From Marsupella aquatica (lineage: Eukaryota > Plantae > Marchantiophyta): a DNA stretch of 64,000 nucleotides. Positions 12,188 through 24,229 of this stretch are shown piece after piece (within the stretch, counting starts at the first letter, position 1; every line of letters begins with the position of its first letter). A program made the position numbers and the translations under genes. The notes under the pieces are model-generated. The model was not told the DNA's origin and made no database searches. It saw nothing but the letters and a program-made list of their open reading frames with translations. Location of the stretch: NCBI GenBank assembly GCA_973895155.1, contig OZ316898.1:16847420-16911419 (forward strand). The letters are read 5' to 3'.

Positions 12188-15100
12188 GATCGATGGCGGG
12201 TCCCCACGTAGAACTGTAAAGTGGGCTCTCTCTCACTTGAGTGGACCAGTGGGATCTCGCTCGCCTCGTTTTTGTTTCGTAGTTGCCTCGGCATGCACGA
12301 ACCCGTGCTCAGGACAGTACGATTGTAAGAGTGGCGTGGTGCCGAGTGTGTTATGTCCTGACTATGCATAGCAAGCACTTTGGATCCGCGTTCCATAATA
12401 AGTCGTTGCTGTAATGCTGTCGTTCAACTCTTCGAAGCAGGCAGACCATGCAATGTCAAGGCGAGGCCGAGTGTTTGTTGTTGTTGTTGTGGTGGTCTGA
12501 TTTGAATTCTTGCCGTGTTTTTCCCTTTTCTACATACTCAAGATCGGCAGTAGCAGCTGGCCAAGTACTCGAAATGGAATTTGAGTGCAGCTGGCAAAAG
12601 CTTGACACCGCCCACAAGTACAGGCACAGTACTTGTTCCCGACCAGGCTTGTTGACCTGTTCGATGTCTTGCTTTTTGCCAGATGAGGTCAGCCGAGTAT
12701 CACACCACCAGCTCCGCCCCTGAAAATCCCCCAATAGTGGTTCCAAACCAGGGTCATTTTTAAGGTCTTTCCAGTTTGACTGGGGTGGCCAACGTAAGCT
12801 TGTGTGGAAGAGAAGATTTTGGGTATATTGATTCAAGGTCTACCAAACTCAATCAAGGGTCTGGATCACTCTGAATAAGTTTACTAATTAAAGCCCATTA
12901 CTACAGTGGTTCTCCCTCCATTTAAGCATACTGTCAGATTCTGGGTATTGGGTATGTGGCTGGATGTGAAACTCGCAAATCAAAGACAAAAACCCTGGCT
13001 AGATCTTAAAACCTCTATATTTTTGCCACTAAGCAAATCACTCTTCCAGACTAAAAAATTTTCCTCCCACCCGTGCTTGTAGTTTCTTTGTTATGGAGAG
13101 ACTCTTCATGTTCCCTGTTCACCATAATTTGCGTGTCATTCTGGTGAAGCAAACTTTGGTTTATACTCATGAATTAGTGACCCAAATTAAACTTTACATA
13201 CATTTTAAACAATTTGTGTTGGCTCAATGGAAGAAGGTGGGTGCCCCGCATTCCACATTAAAATTTTCTTGGTTTCCTGTTTCCCACTGACAAATTTGCA
13301 ACAAGTTTTTGTCTCCCATTAACCAGTTTCCTACCTAGCCAAGGCCCATTAGCCAGAGAATGTTAACCCTTAAATCTAGGGTGCTCTAACGGTCAGAAAA
13401 TAATTCACAAAATTCTTAAGATAAATATAGTCCTAACATCTTCTCCTTCACACAGGCTCACGTTTGCCACACTGGCCAAAAAGGAAAACCCGCAAAGATT
13501 ATAGACTGCACCTAGCACATGGTGCTATTCTGTAATTTGCAGATCTCAAGACGCTTAACGTGCTCTTCAATTTCTTGGAATTTGGACTTCAGCATCGGTG
13601 ACTCACAATCTAAATTTTGGAGTACACAAGTTCCAACTAGAATGTGATAATGTAGCCATCACGAATGGTAGGCAACGCTGAGGCCCCCAAATCACGGCAG
13701 AAAATGGCGTTATGGGACAGAAAACGAAGAGCCACTTTCTCCAGTGTGCCCCAGAGTTGAGAGAAGTTTGGTGACTCAAAAAGTTTAAAAAAGCTTGACC
13801 TCTCCCTCTCTCTCTCGGTTTTGTTACCAGTGCCCCTTTTCCCCCAATGATTCCATTAAATTCGTGCCAGCCCTGGAGCACTACTTGTTGTGTATGTGGC
13901 ACGGTGGGCACCTTTGAGGAGTAGATGGTTGGAATTCAAAACACACCAACAAACTGATCCCATGACAAGTCAAACTTGCACGAGACGAGAATAGAAAGTC
14001 AGCACTAGCAACGATTAATTTAGTTGTCTTCCTTTTCGCAGTAGAGGATAAAAAATTTACTTGCAAAATAATTGCATTTTGCATTTCATAACAAAGCCAA
14101 GAAAGGCGCTTTTGCTCTTTGGCAGTGTGTATATAAAAGGATGAGAATTTGGTTGGTTTCTTGAAACTGATGCCAGCAATTGACCTAAAGGTTTGACAAA
14201 GTGCCTGGCTGTAACAACCCAACCCGATGGACTGCACAAATACCTTCTTGTACTCAGATAACACTCTTTCTTTAAAGCAAGTCCATACTTCTGTGGTCAA
14301 CAGTAATCTGATCCATTCAGGTTTCAAGGTTCATGGAGTGGTCCATCGAGGATTACTTCTGCTTTATTAGATTGGAGAATTGTGAGAATGAACTTTGTAT
14401 TTCCTTTTTTAGAGGAAAAGGAGGACCGCCCCCTAACAACAGCCAGAAAACGTCATGACAGGTTTCCTGCAAGCGAAGAAAGAGGTACCCTCAAACTTTA
14501 TGCAAGCCAGAAACATCATGACACCAGGTTTCATGGAGTAGAAAAAGTGGTACAACGTTTCACCGTCCAAAAGGTCAGTAACCTGCCATCTTACTCGATA
14601 AAGTTTGACTGGCTTATTTAAGGGAACAACGAAGGCAGCCCAAGAATCTCCTAGAGAAGAACTCAGGCAACAAATCATTCTAGGATTTGTTAGTGAAGTC
14701 CCCCATTCGCGATCTACTTGCATGCCATATTTTCTCTGGGAACAGAAAATTTTGATAATTTGACTATTGTAATGTGCTTGTAGAAAAAGATGCTCCTATG
14801 GACCCTAGACAGAAACCACACCATGGGGATAGACTAATCAAGAATATTCCCTGATTACTCACCATGACATTCTGAGTAAAATGCGGTACATTTGAGTTGA
14901 AAAAATCTATGGAGCATTTTGACAAACATAGAGGTCTATCCTGGCTTCATTTTGTATGCTTGTGAGTCGGCACTGACATGGGAAGTCTCGGTATGGGAGC
15001 TCAAGAACTTGGGCTAGGCCACAACGATCCTACCAACTTCAACTTTGAAATAATGTTGTTATAGGGTCCTTTTTCATGCATGAAAGAGTAACCATGCCCA

Positions 15101-16614
15101 AGCGCAAGGGCTGTGCAAGTGCAATACCCACTTGGGGTATAGGGACTTTTGTTCTAAGCCATGTACAGCTACAAGAGGGGGCTCCAAAGCTGACACAATC
15201 AATTCAATAGCCTCCTGGAAGGAAGGAGGGGCAGAGCCCATCCCCTACACCCCCACCCCCAAAGGCCCCTCTTATATACAACCAATGTTGGGAGCCTCAT
15301 ACTTCTAATGTGGGTGATCAACATAAAAATTGACCTTTCAAATAATATGGCTTTTTGTAGTTGTCTGATTTGGCTGAGGAGAGGGTTTGACTAGAAAAAT
15401 TATGGTAAAGTCAGGCAAAAGCAAAAATCAGTCATCCTGTTTATTCCACTAGTTTGTGATTGTCTGATTCACCAAACGAGGGCTTGAACAGTGTGTCACA
15501 AAACCAAAGTCATCACAACATATGAACTAGGTGGGGGGGCAGTTTTATGGAGGGTGGCTGCAAGGTGGGGATGAGAGAGGAGCGGGGTGCAGTTCATGGC
15601 TTGTGAGCACTGGGAGAGGGTGGGGGAGATGGGTGTCAGGGAGGAAATGGAGGAGTGGGAGAGGCAAGGAAAGGTTGGGGGGGCGGGGGAGGGCAGGGAA
15701 GGAGGTGAGGAGATTTTGTCGTGCCCCTTCACCCGGCCCTCACCTCAATTATTTTGTTTACCGCCTGCCCTCACAAGTTTGATTTTCATATTCCCCCTCT
15801 CCCTTTTCAGGTGCCTAAAACTGCCATGACATTTGTTTTCCATCGCATTGGTGTTCCATCTCAATAATGCTTTGTGTCCACTTTCTTTTGCCTCTACCGT
15901 CACTTTGATGCCTACAAGTTGTAGTGTAACAATGATTTGTGCATGGCATGGGCACCATCTCTTGCTTTCCCATTTAACTTTCCACTCTACATACTTTCTC
16001 GCTCCCGGCCTGCTCCATTTCCCGGCTGATGTGTTATTCCAGCTAGAAGTGACCTACAAGGCAAGACACAACAGAATTTAATTTAATTTTTGGCACTCCT
16101 TGATTGTGTGGGATGCAGTAGAATCTTCAGTTTTGACCCACTCCCCTCTCATGCACCTTGTTCCCTCTTCTCTCATTCTCAGTTTTTCCTTTTGAAATCG
16201 GTAGCTCTGTAATTGCATTCAGTTTTTGACCTCAATGTTATTTCTGGAACTGAAGCTCCCATATACCAGAATTTTGACGAGATGCTCACGTGGTGCTCAG
16301 AAACATTAGCTTCTACTCAGATATTGTCCTTCCTTTTTACAAATGCTCACGCTTTGTCAGAAAGTGTTGTAGTGCCAATCTGTGTTTTGAGGACCCAAAT
16401 GCTGTGGTCCATCTAAGCATCAACTTGCTTCATAGTAATTACATCAATTTTTCAGGGATAAGGTTACGTATAGTTGGATTTGTGATTTTGTACACCATAA
16501 AGATATTTAAAGAGTAAAGCATAAGCATGGGATGGCTGCTGTCTACAGCAACTGAGATATGGTCTCATGATTTTATTGTGGGTTGATACTGCTTGACTTT
16601 GAGACAGGAGTATT

Positions 16615-17470
16615 TGTGGTTTTCTTTTAGGAATAGGAGGTATTCTATAATGCAAGCAAACAGGAGTTTTGTTAGCGAGGGGAGTATTGTTAGCGAGACC
16701 CTTGTGGTTTTAAATGTATTTTGCTTTTTGCTGCCTTTTCTATTTTTTGTGTGTTTTTTACGACTCCAAATGGCTAACGAGATCGCTAGCAAAAAGAGGA
16801 GTAGCAGTTTACTGTTAGCCAGTCAATTGCATATAGAAAAATTAGGGGTCATGTGAGGAAACTTTTTGCTCATGCGAAGAAAATTTCTACTGTTTCTTCG
16901 CACGCGACAATGACCCTAGGAATAGAACCCAAATCCAAAGCCCCTTCTTTCACTAGTTCTTGGGGAGGGCTGTTGAGTTCGTGGGTTGGGTCAAGTGCCA
17001 TTCAAATCTCCTTCAGAAAAAAGGATGTGCCATCAATTTTTTTTATTAATTCCATTGCATTGTATATGTGGGTAGTCCAACATGGAATGTTTTCAAAACT
17101 CTTTTCTAGGTGGCCAGAGCTGGGAAAAGGATTATGTTTTTTAGAAGTGGGCCCCCCTTTAAATACATTGTCAACTGTGCCTAAGTGCAGGCTCCTGAGA
17201 AGACACCCCAATCCAGCACATATCCAGGGTATGCTCTATGCAATAAGTGCAAGAACTTTTGATTATGCACTTCTCTGTATGTGCTTGTGTTTACACTCAT
17301 GCATTTATATAGGATAACTGTGGAGTCCATTTGAAGTGTAGTTGCAAAGAAGTGAAATGTGCTCTTCCTTGAGGTATTCTATGATGCAAGCACACAAGAC
17401 TTTTTGCTAGAGTATTGGTAGCGTCACAGGAGTGTTCTTAATGCCTTTTGATTTTTGGTGACTTTTTGAC
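16615..17470. repeat. Diverged local duplication (about 16635-16740 and about 17370-17470)
   Basis: GAGGTATTCTAT.ATGCAAGCA.ACA..A.TTT..G.TAG, GAGTATTG.TAGCG and TTTTG.TTTTTG.TG occur colinearly in both. Confidence 0.55.
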
Positions 17471-17481
17471 TAAGTTTGCTA

Positions 17482-17823
17482 CACTGTCCACCTCAATTAG
17501 TGTTGGTCACACTAAATTGTGTAGCCCATTAAATGTCAAGTCTCACATAAAATAGTGTGAGTCACATTATTTTTATTTCAGGTGTCACAAGAAGTCACAC
17601 TTTTGGTCTCAGTATTGAGGTGTTTGCCTTTGAATACTGCACACTGAGAATAGGGGCATAAAACTGAGACTCAGGCGGGCTCTCAATACAAAGTAAATAG
17701 TGTGACTTCACATACTTAATTAGTGTGATTCGGGTTAGAAAAATGTTCACACAATTAAGTGCAAGTCACTCTAATTGTGATCTCCTACTGATTACATACT
17801 CACACTATTTAGGGTGGATAGTG
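17482..17823. mobile_element. Non-autonomous TIR element with CACTG/CACTA termini, flanked by TA
   Basis: Left end CACTGTCCACCTCAATTAGTGT; right end (reverse complement) CACTATCCACCCTAAATAGTGT. TA lies on both sides, and there are many AGTGTGA/TCACAC subterminal repeats. A second copy lies near 34150-34433. Confidence 0.75.
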
Positions 17824-20027
17824 TAGCTAAGTGGTGTATAAATGGGTTATTTCCTTTTACAAGGACAAAAGTATGGTACTGTGAAGAAGTTTTTCCTTGC
17901 AACCTACACGTGCCCCTCTTCTCGAATACCCGCATGTATGAGATGTGACAGCCTCAGAGGCAGCAGCTATTCTTTGTAGGAAAAAGTAGGCATTTCCAGT
18001 TTTCTAGTGCAAATGTCATGGTTCTGTTGTCAGGTCCTACACAAAGTACTCGTACCCTTAACCGTCACACTGGCCCTTTTGAAATGGATATTTGCTTGTA
18101 AGTAGGCTTAGTGGTTGTAGCAGGCTATTATTAAAAAAAGTGCCTATAAGTACTCTATGTAATTGTCGCATCTTATAAATAAGTGCTAGAAAGTACTCTA
18201 TGTAACTGTTGCAAGCTCTTGTCACTAAATGTATCTTGATTACTGTTTGCGGATAAATGCATTTATACTCAAATAGACAGAATGCAATAAGGCATTTGTT
18301 GTTTTGTCGGGCTCAAGATGCACCTAGGCAAACTGCATTTTCTGGTGCATCTACAAAGAAGATGCAGCATATTAGAGCACTAAATTGCATTTCTGGCCTC
18401 CACTTTTAACCACAAAATGCACAATTATCAACAATGCAAAGTATAAACACCTTGAGAATGATGGAAACACAACCACTTATATCTTCACATTTAAGATCTT
18501 GTACTGAGCAAACAACCCACACACTCATATCGAAAGAACATTGACAAGACTACTCAAGTCATTGTGTCAATGTTCCCGAAAGTGTCTGAATTTGTCTATA
18601 CAAAAAGTATCATGAAGGATTGCAATAATTTGTACCCGACATCCCATCTCTCCCTTCCTTCTCCAATCAAAAACGAAAACTGTAAATTTGGAAAGTCGAC
18701 TATAGTTTTTTTAATGGTTGTTAAAAAAAAAGTCTAAGGAATCTCTCACTAGACCCTTTGCCTTCTCTAAGCTTTTTCATACCACGAGCCATCAGCTACA
18801 ATGAAAGTCCATCTTTATCGTACTACTTCTACTTTACCCAACTTCTTAATCTTTAGATGGGACTGAGAGACGACAGGTTCTACTTTTGGGTTACTTTGTA
18901 CACTCTTTAGCAGTTTAGCTGCTTTGATTTTGATGAGGTCATACACCCCACCCCACCCCACCCCACCGCCCACCCTTATTACGGCACAGTTTATTTAATT
19001 TAGTTTCTACATAAGAAGGCAATTTATTGCAAACCTATGTTGAGGCACAATTTTCCCACTCAAACTTTGTCAGAATAATGCAGGGTGTGTGGGCTGACTA
19101 GTGCACCTTGCAAGATAGACTTTCCGTGTTGTTGTCTTAATCTTAGGGTGGCTTTACAAGAAGTTGGGGGCACTAACTTGTGAGATTTCCCAAAGAACAA
19201 ACTGGACTTCACACCATTTTTTTAAATGAACCTCAACACATGGAAATCCTTTGCATGAAGGAGCTATGGTTTGCAAATGTTTGGACTGCACATCAGCATT
19301 GCTTGCCATGTAGGATTGGTAGACATCATACCTGAATGGGCCCATAGTTCTTGTAAAACCAACTACAGCCATGTCCACTCAATATGTGGTCATTTAATCT
19401 AAGAGGGAATTGAAAGGGAATAAGCTCCCTACTTCGCATAAAGCCACCCTTTAGTGGTAACAGTCCCTCAAAAGCAAGCCAAGCTTCAATTCAAGCCAAA
19501 GTGTATGGGACAGTACTGGCTACAAGGCCAATTTTTGGGCTCTTAAGAGTCTGGATGCCCATATGTACTCATAGGTAAAGTCAAACTGACATAATCATTT
19601 ATGTGTTCAATACCTGGTAACTAAAGTTCAAGTGAAAACTGTCAAAATGAACAAGCCCTAAGCGTTGAACACCATTGTCCCCTCAACGCCCTTAATTTGA
19701 AAGGAGAAATGTGATTGTCCCACAGGGACACATAATCAAGTACCTACCATAGTTAGCCAGGTATGTTGACCAGAGTTAGTTTATGGATGAAAAGTTTAGT
19801 TTTTTAAATTGAAATCAGTTTTATTAGTATCTCAAGAAAAGGTATGGGCCTATAGAAAACAGGAAGGAAGAGAAAAACAACCTGAAAACCTCAGTCTTAA
19901 GGCAAAACACCAACATTGGTCCCCTCACAAATAGATAAAATGCATTCAGTTGGTGACCCTTGTCCCACACTTTTCCCTCCTGTTAACCCTGAAGATGCAA
20001 GTATTGATGCTCCACAGTAGAAATTTG

Positions 20028-21780
20028 AAGGAGACCTACAAGGATTGAAAAGTCACACAGAGAGTAGACTGTGTGACTAACTGTTTGCGGACAACAATGG
20101 CCTTTACCTGGCAGCCTCCAAGTATGAGTTCAGGAGGGCAAGGGATACAATGCAGCACTACGAAAACATCTCAGGAGCACTCTTCAATGTGCAAAAATCC
20201 AAGATAATTTGCTTTTGTCTCATGGATGTGAATTAACTGAATTTCTGGGAAATTGAATACATGGTTCGGCCATCACAAAGCTGAGGTCCCTTCTAAGAAG
20301 TTCAGGAAATGCTTATGCCAAAATACCAACAAGTTCCTGACTATGCTAGGGCCTGCTATTCCCTGAACCACGTCCTGAGGTTCATTTCTATGTACTACCT
20401 GCTGTCATAGAGCTATATAAGAAGGGAGAAGGTTTGCAAGAAAATTTGGGGCGCCTCCAATCTGGAGGATGCAAGAGAGCCCCGATAGCATGGAACTCAA
20501 CAATATTGCAACATCGAAAGGTGAGAGAGGACTGGTACTTCAGTTGTTTGGGAACAAGCTAGACTGACACATTTCAAGACTAATTATTGGGGAAGATTGT
20601 GAATAGGTGACTATGGCCCAAACTATGATCACATTTAGATTAAAATTTGCGACCATACAAGACAGACAGAACAGGGTGGTCTGTCCACCCCCTTCTGCTG
20701 ATTGATGCACCAATGATCAAAGGCTCTCCCACCTTGAAAAGCTTGTTGGGAGTTTGGGTGGAAAGAGCAAGCACCTCAAGTTCAACTTTGGCAAACCAAG
20801 GTATGCTTTCAACCAAACTTCCCATTGTGCTAACAATACTCGGGGCCCCAGTCCAAGGGGGGTCCCATATCACGTGCCAAATTCTAGGAGAACAAACACT
20901 GTAAAACTTAAGTAAAGAAAATAATTTAAGAGAATTTTTTACCCCTCACTTTTGGGAATATTTCTGGAATATTCTCATTTTCTCAAAACTGGATTGCAAC
21001 ACCACTAATATTCCTCCACAAAAATATAGAAGTCTTTTACTAAAACCAATAGAAAACCCTATCCTTATTTGCACATGATTGGTCAGAAGAAAATAAGTGA
21101 AGACCCTGAGAAACAATCTTGTCGAAGGGTCTTGTTGTTTCTCGCAAAAATTAGGTGACTTAATGGGGAGGGCCGAGTGAATACTTGAAGTGGAGATCTC
21201 TGTCAACAAATTAGGACACCAGATTCCTTGAATGGACAGTCAAAGTTGACAACCTTCTACATAATATTGAGATAGACTTTGGATTTCAATGTGAATGAGC
21301 TACACAACTGCAAGGGCTGGCAAGGTAGTAAAGGGGTAAGAACTGTGGATGGACTTTCCCTTCTAGAGTGTGGGTAAATTGCATCAAGCTAAACCAATTA
21401 ACATGCTATATGTCGCAAAGCTGAATTGGCCTTGGGAACAGGTACTTACTAGGACAGTTACTCCACATTGGTGGACACAGGGTTGGAAGAAACTACAAGG
21501 TGGATGGTCCTTTCCTGAGGTGAGGGTTTCCTGTGGCATTTTGCTGAGCTATTGGTCTTTCATGAATGGAAGTGAGATCCATTGGGGAGTTTGTGATTGC
21601 CTCTGCGCTTGATGCAAAAAACCAGTTTGAGCACCCTGAATGCCTGCTCTTCAGCTGCAGTCAGGTCACCAAAAGATGGAGGGAGGTACTACCATGTGTC
21701 TCTCTTGGCGTGTGCACCATTTTTTCTCTTTTTTGGGTGGCTGAGTCCTTCAGGTTTTGAATAAGAAACAAAACAAAAAC
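20028..21780 (+). mobile_element. Degenerate, 5'-truncated L1-clade LINE (reverse transcriptase and zf-RVT remnants)
   Basis: 20081-20208 translates LFADNNGLYLAASKYEFRRARDTMQHYENISGALFNVQKSKII, matching the plant LINE RT LFADD...YE..SGA.LN..KS motif. NKFLTM..HVLR..MYYL lies near 20330-20400 and IAW near 20485. A zf-RVT-like C..C...E...LLFSCSQVTKRW lies near 21590-21680, and an A-rich tail near 21760-21780. There are many stops and frameshifts. Confidence 0.8.
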
Positions 21781-24127
21781 ATGTTGGCAACCTTTGTCTT
21801 CTTGGGCTTTTCCCTCCAATTGGGCGGGTTGCTATTGGTTGGTTTTCTCTTGAAAAGAAAACTGCTTAATTATCTTTGAAACAAACATATGTAGTCTTTG
21901 GCATCCCCTGATGCCTAGAAAACACAATTTTGTTAGCCCCAAGAATATTTTCTCCTTTTGGTGAGTTTCTGTCTGATATATCAACTTAACGTCAATGAAA
22001 GTTTCCATTATAAAATTTTGCTTGCTACCAAGAAGTTGTCAGAAATTGATCAAATCCTTCAATTTCACATTGACAACATTATTGTGGGGCCCAAACTAAT
22101 CGGGGAAGTGCCTTCCAACGTAGCGAAGGAATCATAGGATAGAATCTTAAAACTCACTATAATATCCTGGAAATATATCGCCACATGTGTAGAGAATTCA
22201 TACTACCGCTGCAAACGTCAACCACTTTTAGTATATGGGCCCCCATACGTCCAATTATGGACCACCAGCACCAGTGTCCAGTTCGGAATAGTGTATGAAA
22301 TCCAGCTCTTGGACAACACATAGTGCCAGAAATCATGGAGCTTTCATAGAACACAGTGACCTCAGCTTAAAAACGTGAAAACCAGCATTTGCCACATTTA
22401 GAACGTGCAAGTATTATTAGAACGGCAGAGTTTGAAATCGTAAAAAAGGGAAGGAGTGGATTGGTTTCCACAACAAGAGCAACCGAAGCTTCAAGTGTTA
22501 ATTCTTCACTTTGGCTGTTTATTAGAGCATTCCCACCCATATGTGCCCTACCCAGCAGGTATCGGCCAAAGTGGCAAGACAGGTGATCACTTGCGGGCCT
22601 GGGCATTAGATTGGGCAGGTAAGGTTCCCCACTCATACCACTTCATTGTAGCGCTACCCGCTGGAGCCTGGAACTGGACCACAAATACTTGCCCAACTTG
22701 CTTCCTGCCGTTCGTGGATCCAAGGCCCTACCTCCAATCTCCCCTGTCCCTATTGAAAGGACTTCCAATGACGAGCAGACTTGCAGCCGCTGCTGGAGGG
22801 AAGTTATGGTGTAGCTGGGCCAAATTTAGCTGGAGCCAAGGTGCTTGCAGAACAAATTGGATTCCCAAGTAGCACTCTCTATGGCCAATTAATGTGAATG
22901 CTCTTATAGAAGCATTCACAGTCCAGGTTTGGATAGAAGAATTATGACACTTCTTGTCCACTTTCACTAAAGTAGTAACTGTTCAAACTTCTTAGGCCTT
23001 TATGTATGTGAATGCCCTGTGAAGCATGCATTATTGGCAATACTACCCCCTGAAAAGTGCTCGAGGCAATAGCCCAGGGCAGTATGGCCCATACTGCACT
23101 CTTACCAGAGCCTTACTGTACACAAATTGCAGTTCATTGTTCGCGATTTGAAAATAATTACCCTCATGACGGTGTCGACCATGATTTAAAACTGGTATAA
23201 ATTTCAACGTATTGGCTCATGCTGGTCAAAAAGTGCAAAACATTTCATAACGCTGACTCTACCTATGGAAATAATGTAGATTCCCCCTTCTGAGAGGCGC
23301 GGAGGAAAGGTTAGAGCCCCCTGACATTTCTTGGAAAACGGTATCCAAGGTCAATTCGAGTCCAATTAATCTATGCATATATGGAATAGAATAGAGTGAG
23401 AAATAGCCTATTTCATCTTGAAAGCATGGTTATGAAAGTGCATTTCAAAGTCCAATTTGAGTGCTTAAAAGTGGATCTCTTTGTTAGTCCTAAAGGCTCA
23501 AGAGTATGCTCTCATTGACGAAGCCCTAAATATTTATTGTGGTAGTAATGCATCGAAAACTGGGCAAATCATTATTTTCTTACACATTTGTCAGCATAAA
23601 ATTGTTACATTTCCATTTTAAAACAAAGTGGTGGCTACCTTTTTCCCCCAAAACAGAACCTTGGTCTAGTGATCAAAATCCCCTAAGCTGGCCACCCGGG
23701 GAAGAAGTATACATTTGTTGGATCAGTGCAACCTCAAAAACAGTGAGTATAATGAGACTGCTGGGACTGGGTGTACTGTTCAAAGATGTTAGGGCATTGT
23801 GTTTGATATACAATTTCTTCGAAGCATCAAGCAGGTCAGAGCACAAAAAACATAAAATTGAGATGGAAGCAATCATCCTTACATATCTATACCCCTTGCT
23901 GGTCAAGCTCAAGCTTGTTCAATCCTGTTGCTGACCTGCTATGCGGGCTAAAACTCCCTAACACTCCACAAATGCCAATCATCAACACTGCTCCTTCCTT
24001 GATCACAAGGTCCAGTCTCAGGTCCAGTCCTTTCCTCAAACATTGCCCAGATTCGCAAAATCACAGCAGACATTTATGTGCCAAAAACTCAAACATAGCA
24101 CCTAATGTGCTCTATTCAAATAATGTG

Positions 24128-24229
24128 CCCCTTGACGCACTGTTGAGTGTAGCGCCTGGTGCTGTTTTGGGGAGAAGACCCCTTGACGCACTGTTGAGTG
24201 TAGCACCTGGTGCTGTTTTTGGGGGAAGA
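24128..24229. repeat. 51-bp tandem duplication (2 copies)
   Basis: CCCCTTGACGCACTGTTGAGTGTAGC(G/A)CCTGGTGCTGTTTT... starts at 24128 and 24179. Confidence 0.95.

Noticed and set aside
12287-12361. HDV-like ribozyme call
   Set aside because: Lacks the G-initiated P1, the P3/L3 consensus and the catalytic cytosine strand. Kept only as an unexplained pairing pattern.
12630-12660. GACCAGGCTT resembling part of miR166
   Set aside because: Only about 10 nt match and there is no fold-back partner.
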